Below are positions 10,593-20,796 of a stretch of DNA of 64,000 nt, piece by piece (the stretch's first letter is position 1; every line of letters begins with the position of its first letter). The DNA is from Naegleria gruberi (lineage: Eukaryota): the NCBI GenBank assembly GCA_000004985.1, contig GG738910.1; one strand, given 5' to 3'. The notes beneath the pieces are model-generated. The model saw only the letters and a program-made list of their open reading frames with translations, was not told the origin of the DNA and ran no database searches. The position numbers and the translations under genes are program-made.

Positions 10593-11001
10593 AAACTTCT
10601 GTAAAGAATATACAATTTATGATCAAGTAATAGTGAGATTGTATAATTTCGAAATACGATGAACCAGAATTTACCCTAACACTTACTGACATTCTATTAA
10701 GAAGGAGTGCCACAGCTGACGACATGAAAGAACTGTAATTGTTTAAGAGATTTTATTCGCACTGTACAACAATAGAACTATCGTCCGAATTAGTCATGAA
10801 ATCTAGGAATTGTAGATTATTTCTTTCTATTGTTGGGTATTGCTTCAGGATTTTGTATTTTTAAGGACCTCAATTACTAACATTATTCTTCAAGTACATC
10901 AAGTATTGGAAATATGAGAGAATAAATTGGGCGAGATGCAATTCTCTTTGGAGTTTATGCAGAAGAAATATTCAATGAATATTCTCAAAAAAACAAACAT
11001 T

Positions 11002-11317
11002 ATGATGAGCAATAACTTGACTTCAAGTTGGATAAATGAATATTCCTCTCCTGCTCATACCTGTACAGTTGATGTTCTTTGTGGAATGGTCACTCAATTT
11101 TCATCATCATTCTCAAACTACTCAATTAACAATCAATGTATTGAACCAAGTCTAAATCTTGATGTTATTGAGTTTATGCAGAGTTGGGAATTATTAAAGA
11201 TGATGACAACTCCAAAGCAACAATTATTTAATAGACAGCCTGTTGACAAGCCTTCTATTCAACAAATGTCAGCCTTCAATAATATCCAATGTACTAACAT
11301 CAGCTCAACAGTTATGA
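11002..11317 (+). CDS. Fam2 member b, 5' part only (MMSNNLTSSWINEYSSPAHTCTVDVLCGMV...EPSLNLDVIEFMQSWELLKMMTTPKQQLFNRQP...), truncated by a 50-N gap at 11318-11367.
   Basis: Same N-terminal motifs as 9443 and 11657. An upstream in-frame ATG at 10936 (MQFSLEFMQKKYSMNILKK) is also possible. Confidence 0.5.
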
Positions 11318-11367
11318 NNNNNNNNNNNNNNNNNNNNNNNNNNNNNNNNNNNNNNNNNNNNNNNNNN
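11318..11367. other. Assembly gap (50 N)
   Basis: Run of n. Confidence 0.99.
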
Positions 11368-11656
11368 AACTTCTGTAAAGAATATACAATTTATGATCAA
11401 GTAATAGTGAGATTGTATAATTTCGAAATACGATGAACCAGAATTTACCCTAACACTTACTGACATTCTATTAAGAAGGAGTGCCACAGCATAGTTGTTT
11501 AAGGATTTTGTATTTTTAAGGACCTCAATTACTAACATTATTCTTCAAGTACATCAAGTATTGGAAATATGAGAGAATAAATTGGGCGAGATGCAATTCT
11601 CTTTGGAGTTTATGCAGAAGAAATATTCAATGAATATTCTCAAAAAAACAAACATT

Positions 11657-12640
11657 ATGATGAACAATAACTCGACTTCAAGTTGGATAAATGAATATTC
11701 CTCTCCTGCTCATACCTGTACAGTTGATGTTCTTTGTGGAATGGTCACTCAATTTTCATCATCATTCTCAAACTACTCAATTAACAATCAATGTGTTGAA
11801 CCAAGTCTGAATCTTGATGTTATTGATTTTATGCAGAGTTGGGAATTATTAAAGATGATGACAAATCCAAAGCAACAATTATTTAATAGAAAGCCTAATG
11901 ACAAGCCTTCTATTCAACAAATGTCAGCCTTCAATAATATCCAATGTACTAACATCAGCTCAACTGTTATGAATCCTATTGATGATCATGATGATGATAT
12001 GAAGGACACTCCACCACACTTATCCAAATCCCATATTGTATTTCCATCACCTCAACCATCAACTCAACTGTTCCTATCACCAACAGAAACATTATCTCTG
12101 ACTCTTAACACCTCACCTCCTCAACCATTCAATAACCATAACGAAAATAGCCTGACCAATACCATTTCTAATACTGACACTGCTGATAAGGTACTTTTAC
12201 CCAATTTAGAATCATATCAATTTCTGATGAGCATTAAGAATCCTTATCAACAATATGTGGATCAATCACCACCATCATCATCAATTGAAACATCCATGAT
12301 GCCACTCCAACAACAAACTAATGTAAACAATACATTCAATGATAATCGTATTCTAAAGAGAAAGAGAAAGATTTCTAATGTATCTTCATTCGAATCAGAA
12401 AAGAGAAAAACCTCAAGTTCATCCTCCTCATCATCTACAAGTAATGTATCCTCAATTGGTAATAACAGTTCATTATCAACAACATTCAAAACTCCACTCA
12501 ATAATTGTATTGTAATTTCAAATCCAAAACATTTGAAAAGAAGAAGAAAATATCAAAAGAGAAAGAATTCAGCCAATACAAATCCAGCTCAAACTCAAAT
12601 GGAATTTCATTTTCCAGTATGGACATTTCATTTAGAATAA
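11657..12640 (+). CDS. Fam2 member c (~328 aa from ATG 11657; 352 aa if the upstream ATG 11591 is used): same architecture as a, ending NPKHLKRRRKYQKRKNSANTNPAQTQMEFHFPVWTFHLE.
   Basis: ATG ORF, ~85-90% identical to copy a at both the N- and C-termini. The proximal promoter is identical to copy b (10851-11001 vs 11505-11656). Confidence 0.6.
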   Translation: MMNNNSTSSWINEYSSPAHTCTVDVLCGMVTQFSSSFSNYSINNQCVEPSLNLDVIDFMQSWELLKMMTNPKQQLFNRKPNDKPSIQQMSAFNNIQCTNISSTVMNPIDDHDDDMKDTPPHLSKSHIVFPSPQPSTQLFLSPTETLSLTLNTSPPQPFNNHNENSLTNTISNTDTADKVLLPNLESYQFLMSIKNPYQQYVDQSPPSSSIETSMMPLQQQTNVNNTFNDNRILKRKRKISNVSSFESEKRKTSSSSSSSSTSNVSSIGNNSSLSTTFKTPLNNCIVISNPKHLKRRRKYQKRKNSANTNPAQTQMEFHFPVWTFHLE

Positions 12641-13170
12641 ATTGTTTTTTTAATCATATTTGTATGCAATATTCTCAAGACATGTAGTTTTCGGTTGTGT
12701 GTGAGCATCAAGTTGTGGATCCACAACACAGCCTAGCAGCAATGGAACCTCGGCACGGATACCCATAAGTAAATAAACCATGGAATCTCAAAGTTACATT
12801 GTTCACTTTAATACTCACATTTCAGAAAAGAGACCATTCTATAATTTGCAAAAGATCATTTCAAGATTCCAGATAACAATCAGAAAGAATATTCTCGTTA
12901 TCTAGTTACATTTTAACATAGAGATTGGAAGTTTCAAATTTCTTAATTGTACGGAATGGAAACGCATCTTCAAACTGAGTTTTTTATTCATGAAGTTTTG
13001 CATGATAAATGGTTAGATATCCTTAATATTTTTGTTAAATTTCCATTTTTAGTTTATAGATTCAAATTCTTCACTGAAATCTCCATGTTATAAACAGCAA
13101 CAATTTCACGAAAGTAAACTATACTAAACACCATATAGAAAGAAAACACACAACTAGAATATTCTATCCA

Positions 13171-13677
13171 ATGAATCCAAACAAACAATCGAATAGAAGA
13201 AAGTCTAAAGCACTCAAATTAACTGTTGTCGATTTTTGTTCTTCCAATCCAACATCAACTAGAAGATCTAACAATGATGATGTTGTCGATGATAATTGTA
13301 AAGTAATGACAAGTAAATATACAGAATACTTTTCAAATAATTCAAAGCCTTTCCAAGTCATTTCATTTCCATTCAAGCCTTCGAATACTTGCTCATCTGG
13401 AATTCAAAAACAACCAAAGAAAAAGAGAATTGAATCGCATCATGATGATCAATTTGGTAAAATACAATTTGGTAATAATAATACAGTTTGTAGTGGTGGC
13501 GGAGGTGATGATTCAGTAGTGGCAAGCCTTCATCAAGATCGAATTGAAGAATCGTCTTCTAATGATCAGCAGCAGCCTTCAACACCAACTTTAATTCAAT
13601 CATTACCATCAATGGATAAAAAAAGACAAAGAAGAACCTCAATTACTATTAGAGAATTATTAAATTATGATGATTAA
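13171..13677 (+). CDS. Fam3 member a (168 aa): MNPNKQSNRRKSKALKLTVVDFCSSNPTS...CKVMTSKYTEYFSNNSKPFQVISFP...MDKKRQRRTSITIRELLNYDD.
   Basis: ATG ORF. ~85% identical to complement(26909..27415). Shares the C-terminal R-R-T-[SA]-I-T-x-x-E-L-L-N motif with complement(20797..21369). Confidence 0.55.
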   Translation: MNPNKQSNRRKSKALKLTVVDFCSSNPTSTRRSNNDDVVDDNCKVMTSKYTEYFSNNSKPFQVISFPFKPSNTCSSGIQKQPKKKRIESHHDDQFGKIQFGNNNTVCSGGGGDDSVVASLHQDRIEESSSNDQQQPSTPTLIQSLPSMDKKRQRRTSITIRELLNYDD

Positions 13678-14518
13678 TGCCAGATCGTGAGATGAAAATT
13701 TTAAGGATTTGGCAATTATTGAATAAAGACTTGATGTTATTTGAAAAGATTTCAAAGTTGGTTCAATCCTCAATCTCCAGACGTGGCCTACCAACCTTAT
13801 TAAAAGATGAAATACATTGAGGATTCGAATATTTTCTTCTAATTTTTGTTGCTGTAAAATGAAGAGCGGGAAAATTATTCTCAACACACTTTCTATTTTA
13901 AATCCATTCAAAAGTCCATAATGCTCCTTTAAAGATATTCCACTCTTTGATTGCAGGTTTTAATCTTTGATGACTTTCAATATTAATTATAACACACGAG
14001 TTCAGTTCATCAATTAATTGTTAAATATTGGCGCATGTGGAGCTCCATGTATAGCATGTATTTCATTGTTATCCGACATGAGTACTTTCACTGATGAAAC
14101 AAGTCTTTACATAACCAGTTAACACATGCACACATGCACATGCAACAAATTGAATGCGTTGAGTATTATGAGTTACATGCATGCATATGTGAACATTGTT
14201 TTCTGTTGTGTGAAGGGTAATGATGTGTTTAATGACTGACGAAGACAATTTTGAATCTCAAAATAGGAAATAAGTGTACCCTTACATGGAGATTAAATCT
14301 CTCTTTTTTATGCTCCAATCGTTCACCTGTTGATTGGTTGAGTTTCTTTAATTGTATTGTTTGCATTGATTCGTGTTAATGTTTGTACTGACTCGTTCAC
14401 AAAAGGAACATTTGAGAGAGATTGTAAGCCATGCTTTGTGCTCAAGATAGTAAGTCATAGTATCGAATAAAGTATCCCACAGAAAATCCAACACAAGGCT
14501 CAGAAAAAAAACGAACAA

Positions 14519-15064
14519 ATGCCAAGTGGGTTGAGCAGGAAAATCCCTTCAAAATTGAGAAAACAAATCGACCACGATAAATTCAAACAATTTTACTTTG
14601 TTATGGTGCCAAATAGTAAACTAAACAAAACTAAATGTAGAGATGAAATTAGTAGGAATGAAGAATATACAGTAATGGATTTTAATACAATTCAGAGGTC
14701 AAATAGTGAAATGATGTCAAGTAAAATTATTGAATCTTTGTTTCATTTTCATGTTTCAGAGAAAACTGATACAGAAAATGAAACGAATGGAATGAAGGTT
14801 TCTAATAGCGAAGGTAGTGTTTTGAATACCATTGTTCATCCAAAGGAAAGTACGGACAGTAATAATGGTTGTAGATATAATTTCCAATCAATGTGTTTCC
14901 CACATTCAATTTTGACTAATCAACAATCTGAAAAAAGATCAGAATCATCATCATTACTAAATTCAAAATTAATGCTCTCCTTAGATTATGAAGGAATTGT
15001 TGAACTATTAACTGATGAACAATCTCCATATTATCAAATGTTGAAAAAACCAATATTTTGGTAA
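14519..15064 (+). CDS. Hypothetical protein (181 aa), no recognisable domain
   Basis: ATG ORF of moderate length between family genes. No paralog in the window. Confidence 0.3.
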   Translation: MPSGLSRKIPSKLRKQIDHDKFKQFYFVMVPNSKLNKTKCRDEISRNEEYTVMDFNTIQRSNSEMMSSKIIESLFHFHVSEKTDTENETNGMKVSNSEGSVLNTIVHPKESTDSNNGCRYNFQSMCFPHSILTNQQSEKRSESSSLLNSKLMLSLDYEGIVELLTDEQSPYYQMLKKPIFW

Positions 15065-15287
15065 TGTTTAACCGAAATGTACAAAATAGAATTTCTTAAT
15101 AACGTTTGTTGGCCAACAGTTGAAAGTTGTGAAATCTCTTTCCATAACACTATGGTATCTCAAGCCTAAATAGACCTGCCAAGTAATCATTTATTTCATG
15201 ATTTTCGTAAAGATACCTCTTGGCAATTTGAGAAGAACTTGATATACAATCATGATTGCTCTCTTTTGTTGAGGAGATAATAATGCC

Positions 15288-15937
15288 TTGTTCAGTATCC
15301 ANNNNNNNNNNNNNNNNNNNNNNNNNNNNNNNNNNNNNNNNNNNNNNNNNNATGTTGATGTACCCTCTCCATTTAATATTCATTGTGGAATAGTCTCTCC
15401 ATCATCAATGTCATCCTCCTCCTCTTCTATCAATACCAGTAACAATGAATTGCCAAGTTTAAATCTTGATATTGTTGATTTTATGCAGAGTTGGAAAATA
15501 TTACAGACAATCAAACAAGTTCATCACCAACAAGATGACAACGCTTTGTTTTTCATTCAGATGAACTAGTGAAAGATCAACAATTAATTAGTTCCTCATT
15601 AGTAGTATTAAACAATTCTGATCACAATGAGGCACTAGAAACGTTTCAACTTCCAACAATATTCACCACCACCAAGAATGAAAATACTACCATGCCCAAT
15701 ATCTCATCAATCTCAAAGAAGAGAAAGATTTCCTCTTCTTCATTCAAATATTATACAAGTCCAAATACAGAAAAGAAAATCTCAATTTCATCCACTACTT
15801 CTTGTATTGATAATTCAAATTCAAAACATTTGAAAAGAAGACGAAAATGTCAAAAGAGAAAGAATTCAGCCTATTCCAATCCAGCACAAACTCAAATGGA
15901 GTTTAATTTTCCAATATGGACTTTTCATATGGAATAA
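15288..15937 (+). pseudogene. Fam2 member d, disrupted: 49-N gap at 15302-15351 and a 2-bp indel relative to copy e around 15555-15565 that splits the reading frame (track ORFs 15288..15569 and 15569..15937). Retains SLNLDIVDFMQSWKIL and ...NSKHLKRRRKCQKRKNSAYSNPAQTQMEFNFPIWTFHME.
   Basis: Alignment by eye with copy e (16323..16928): d has 'gatgacaacgctttgtttttcattcag' where e has 'gatgacatctgctattttcattcaa' (+2 nt in d, in a T-run). Confidence 0.45.
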
Positions 15938-16322
15938 ATTGTAAATTATTAAAATAATTCAAAATTCAATATTTTGCAAAATACTCATCAACTTGATATC
16001 TATTATTTGAATGTATCTATTATTATTAACATATTGTATGTGTTTTGAAAGTTGTAAAATCTCACGATCAATCAATTTATATTGGAGAATATTCAAGAAT
16101 ATTTGATTTACGATGATGTTGTGAACGAAGTCATTTCTCTCTCTTTAAAAATTCGCTTTGATTTGATTCATCGCACAAACCAAAAAAGCTACTCTATCCA
16201 AAAACGAATTGGAAAAATTGGACTTGGAACGGATATTATTCAAGTAGTGCAGAATATACAAAATTACCGCACCACTAACACATCTTAGATATTATTCAAA
16301 AAAAACAAATCACTAGTTCATC

Positions 16323-16928
16323 ATGCTGATAACCTCTTCTTCCACCTGTACATTCAATAGCAATTTCAGCAATACAATACAATATCAAGATAATGAGCCA
16401 ATTCTAAATCTTGATATTGTTGATTTCATGCAGAGTTGGGAATTATTCAAAATGACAACAACAAATCAACAAGATGACATCTGCTATTTTCATTCAAATG
16501 AACCATTGAAAGATCAACAATTAATTACTTCCTCATTAGTATTAAACAATTCTAACTACAATGAGGCATTAGAAACCTTTCCAATAACAATACCTCTGCC
16601 CACAACCAATAATGAAAATACTACCACGCTCAATACCATACCAATAATCAATAATCAGAAGAAGAGAAAGATTTCCTCTTCCTTCAAATATTATACAAGT
16701 CCAAATACAGAAAAGAAGAAGAAAATCTCAATTTCATCCACTTCTATTACTACTTCATCTTGTCATTGTTCAAATAATGTATATTGTAAATTATCTTGTA
16801 ATTGTATTGTAAATTCAAATCCAAAACATTTGAAAAGAAGAGAATATCAAAAGAGAAAGACCTATTCAAATTCAGCACAAGCTCAAATGGAATTTAATTT
16901 TCCAATATGGACTTTTCATTTGGAATAA
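16323..16928 (+). CDS. Fam2 member e (201 aa, short form): ...EPILNLDIVDFMQSWELFKMTTT...NPKHLKRREYQKRKTYSNSAQAQMEFNFPIWTFHLE.
   Basis: ATG ORF carrying both family motifs. The Cys-containing stretch SSCHCSNNVYCKLSCNC is unique to this copy. Confidence 0.55.
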   Translation: MLITSSSTCTFNSNFSNTIQYQDNEPILNLDIVDFMQSWELFKMTTTNQQDDICYFHSNEPLKDQQLITSSLVLNNSNYNEALETFPITIPLPTTNNENTTTLNTIPIINNQKKRKISSSFKYYTSPNTEKKKKISISSTSITTSSCHCSNNVYCKLSCNCIVNSNPKHLKRREYQKRKTYSNSAQAQMEFNFPIWTFHLE

Positions 16929-17515
16929 ATTGGTTAATAATTGTAAAATTATTCAAAGCCTTCCATAATTCAATTCTCAATATTCATCAATTCGTTTGAT
17001 TATTAAATAGTTGGCTGATGAGAAATTAGGTACATTCAAGCCTTTGATTAATATTCAGGTAGGAAATCCGTATAATCATAGATGATTTCCTATGCCTTGC
17101 AGCGGAATACAAATTAGCAACAAACAATATACTACTATAGTAAGTACCATTATTGCTAGCAGCACAAATAATATTCGGATTGTACACAATTAAAAATCGT
17201 GGCACCTGTGTTTTCCCATTTTTTATAAATATTTTTATTAATTACAAGTAATAAATACATGTGTCAATTAATTGTGTTGTTTGTTGTTGTTGTTGATGGT
17301 GAGTGTGCAACGATAACGAATTCAATTTTCAACTCTGCAAGTTCGGGAATAAAAGAAAACAAATCAAATAAAAAGTTGAATGGATGACGTGAGCTAATTT
17401 AATCTATTTGGAAGTTTTACATGTTTAATAATGGTCTTAATTCAGTGACTGACTTCATAAATAGAAATGTAATGATGCTACTCTATTGACTTTTTCATTC
17501 GAATAAGAGATTCTT

Positions 17516-18061
17516 TTAATTGTAAAGGAATGAAATTGAACTGAGAAAGCTTTCACAATCATCAAATTCTACTGCTTCTTCTTCTTCTTCTTTTGAAGTA
17601 TTATCACTGCTTCCACTACTACTGCTTCCACCACTACTATTGTTGATTGTTAGTGATGATGATGAATATTCAATATTACTAGATGCATGTTGATTCAAAT
17701 TATTAGTATTATTCATAGTTTTGCATTTAACCTTTGTAATAATTGTATCCTTTACATTTTCACTAGTACCTGATGATAATGATGATGCATTCGAGCAAGT
17801 TGTAATATTTTCTGAAAAAGTATTGTCAGTAGATGCATTTGGTGGATTAATAATTTTGTAAATAGTTAAATCACTTTCTGTTAATTGTTGCTTATCAAAT
17901 TCAAAGTAATTTTTCAGTAAATTATCATTTTGTAATGGTTTTCTCAATCTCGATTGTTTAATTTTCAATTCCTTATTTCTCTTTTTCACTTTTGCTTTCT
18001 TTGTAACATTACTAGTTTCATCAATGAATGACATGTTGTTGGCATTCTGGTTCTTCTTCAT
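17516..18061 (-). CDS. Fam1 member c (181 aa): MKKNQNANNMSFIDETSNVTKKAKVKKRNKELKIKQSRLRKPLQNDNLLKNYFEFDKQQLTESDLTIYKI...EEEEEAVEFDDCESFLSSISFLYN.
   Basis: ATG ORF. Complete set of family motifs. Near-identical tandem paralog at 19195..19758. Confidence 0.6.
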   Translation of the reverse strand: MKKNQNANNMSFIDETSNVTKKAKVKKRNKELKIKQSRLRKPLQNDNLLKNYFEFDKQQLTESDLTIYKIINPPNASTDNTFSENITTCSNASSLSSGTSENVKDTIITKVKCKTMNNTNNLNQHASSNIEYSSSSLTINNSSGGSSSSGSSDNTSKEEEEEAVEFDDCESFLSSISFLYN

Positions 18062-19194
18062 TGGATATGTGTTCTTGATTATTTTTTAATAATATTAATC
18101 ACTCTTGTTGTGGTATTTTTGTTGTACTAACTTGTTGTTGCTGTTATTTGACTTTCTTTTATAAGACAGCATTCCATATATAGAACATGCCAAATGTATA
18201 TTCATTCCAATAGATACAGTGCTGGTGTTTTCAATCAACATACCTATATTATTTGAGATTGATAGGTCAATGTTATATTCTCTTGAACTGGATTGAATGT
18301 AGATGAGAGCTTGTTGATGATTTTTTTGTTGTAAACTAAAGTCATGTCATGAAGCCTTGGCGAGAGTTGTTATGTAATCAAATGATTAAATTAGAAAGTC
18401 TATAAGTGGTTATTAGTATTAAATAAGTGGAATTATTCTCAATAATAGTTCTCTAATTTCCCATTGCCCGACTATTAGCCATTCGAATACAAATGATAGA
18501 CATGCATGTTTAACCATGATGATTCGGCATGTGAAGGTTGAATGGATGTGTTATTAGATGCATGCAATGGAGTACAAGTTTGATACATGCATCAAACAAA
18601 CAATTAGATCATCATCATGATGCTTCACCACATGCATGCAATAAATACATGTGATTCTAAAAAGCCATCAACAACACTTTAAGGCTCACAAAACCTTTCG
18701 CGAAATAAATTGTTGTTGAAACATTTTCAAAAAATACAACACACATCTACCAAGTGTTGAGATAGTAAAAGCATGTGTGGTTTTCTAGCTTTGTCATCAT
18801 GATTCAATTTTTTTTAAAGTTGTAATTGCTTTCTAGACCCCAAATGTGTTCTCAGGATTGAATAAGGAAGGTAGAACTCGTTCCTGCGATATTCATAAAA
18901 AGTAAGTTGGACAACTAGATTAATGTTTATTCGTATCTCTCTCTTGCAACACATGCACGCAAGAAATGAATAGTGCTCACCTGTTTGATGAAGAACCTAT
19001 ATTACAAAAGTTAGCATGCATTCAATAATTGTTTAAAAAAATCTTAAAAGTAATACAACTTTTGGAAACGATGATTGTGTGAGCTAATTTAATGTTTTTA
19101 GTAATTTTACATGTTTATTGATTGAACTTAATTTGAATAGATCATAAATAGACATGCGTAAATACTACTCGTAAAACTGTTTCAAAGAGAGAAC

Positions 19195-19758
19195 TTAATT
19201 ATATAGAAACGAAATTGAACTGAGAAAGCTTTCACAATCATCAAATTCTACTGCTTCTTCTTCTTTTAAAGTATTATCACTGCATGCACTACTGCTGCTT
19301 CCACTAGTACTGCTTCCACCACTACTGCTGTTGATTGAGTTGATTGTTAGTGATGATGATGAATATTCAATATTACTAGATGCATGTTGATTCAAATTAT
19401 TATTATTCATAGTTTTGCATTTAACCTTCTGACATGTAATAATTGTATCAACTGTTGATGTTTCTATTGGACATGTTGTATTATTTTCAATACTACTAGA
19501 AGTATTAGAATTATCAATGATGGTGGTTGATGCATTTGGTGGATTAATAATTTTGTAAATAGTTAAATCACTTTCTGTTAATTGTTGCTTATCAAATTCA
19601 AAATAATTTTTCAGTAAATTATCATTTTGTAATGGTTTTCTCAATCTCGATTGTTTAATTTTCAATTCCTTATTTCTCTTTTTCACTTTTGCTTTCTTTG
19701 TAACATTGCTAGTTTCATCAATGAATGACATGTTGTTGGAATTCTGGTTCTTCTTCAT
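19195..19758 (-). CDS. Fam1 member d (187 aa), tandem duplicate of c
   Basis: ATG ORF. The N-terminal 75 aa and the C-terminal 25 aa are identical to c. The middle S/T-rich region differs slightly. Confidence 0.6.
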   Translation of the reverse strand: MKKNQNSNNMSFIDETSNVTKKAKVKKRNKELKIKQSRLRKPLQNDNLLKNYFEFDKQQLTESDLTIYKIINPPNASTTIIDNSNTSSSIENNTTCPIETSTVDTIITCQKVKCKTMNNNNLNQHASSNIEYSSSSLTINSINSSSGGSSTSGSSSSACSDNTLKEEEAVEFDDCESFLSSISFLYN

Positions 19759-20796
19759 GTGTGATGATTATTTTTTAATAAAATTAATCACTCTTGTTGT
19801 TGTGGTCTTTTTGTTGTACTAAATTGTTGTTACTTGTGGCTTTCTTTAATAAGTTTGACTACCAATTATAGAACATGCCAAATGAACATTCATTCCAATA
19901 GATACAGTGCTGTTGTTTTCTATCAACATACCTATATTATTTGAGATTGATAATTCAATGCTACTTGTTGTTGTTTTTTTGTTGGACAATCAGTTGTAAC
20001 AATGAATAGACCACATAGCAAGCACTATTGTACTATTGTACTCTTGTCATGAGAGATGAAATCTCAATATTAAATTAGAAAGTCTAAAACTGGTTAGTAT
20101 TAAATATGTATTGTGTTCTCAATAATAGTTCTCTAATATTCCAATTGTCCAACAATTATCAACTATCCAAATCAATCTGTTTCCATTATCACAACACATT
20201 TGAACATGCACATCATCTTCATTTGGCTAGAAGAGGAATCCAGTAAGTTGTGGCCAGTTAGACTAATTGAAAGGTCAGATGTAACCAACACAATATATTG
20301 TGGATTACAAGTTGTTGCTGTTTACAGTCAGATCAGGCACACACATCTTGTTTTTACCATCACCTACATTATGATCATGTAGCACATGTATCTAATAACA
20401 CTCTAAGGCTAATATGAATTAACATTTGTAATTGTTCTTCCGAGACACATGTATCTATATTATGGATGTTGTTGAAGAAATAGTTGTTGAAGAAATACAA
20501 CATGAAAAGCATCAGATGATGGAACGAGGTTGTGTGCTGAAGGTTTTGTCCAGCGCTTCGCGGGTTGACTCAATTTTTTTTAAAAGTACCAACCTATCGG
20601 TGTCTAAAACTCCAAATTGATATTCTAAGTATCAAAGTTGAATATGGCAGGTTTCGAGTATATCACATATTCAAGCATGTGTTTCTATTTCCATTCATTA
20701 AATAACATTTTACAAGCCTGTTTTATTTAACTTTTCAATTCGAAATACATTGTAACACGTGGATACAAGCCTTGTTGTCATCTTTGAGCAAAAAAA

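Larger units (their letters stand above)
17480..20160. repeat. Recent tandem segmental duplication, unit ~1.68 kb (17480-18480 duplicated at 19160-20160). Each unit contains a Fam1 gene plus >400 bp of 5' flank.
   Basis: Long near-identical blocks: 'attaatcactcttgttgtggt...gaacatgccaaatg(t/a)a(t/c)attcattccaatagatacagtgctg(g/t)tgttttc(a/t)atcaacatacctatattatttgagattgata' at 18090-18270 and 19780-19950. Also 'attagaaagtcta(t/a)aa(g/c)tggtta...ctcaataatagttctctaat' at 18390-18460 and 20070-20140. Confidence 0.75.

Noticed and set aside
12712-12727. Perfect 16-bp palindrome GTTGTGGATCCACAAC downstream of Fam2 copy c
   Set aside because: It is a single isolated palindrome with no flanking repeat structure. 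Chance occurrence or a simple protein-binding site cannot be distinguished, so it is not reported as a feature.
12690-12800. Slightly GC-richer stretch (gcctagcagcaatggaacctcggcacggatacccataag) considered as a possible small ncRNA/tRNA
   Set aside because: No tRNA cloverleaf features (no GTTCRANYC T-loop, no acceptor-stem complementarity) could be found by eye. Left unannotated.
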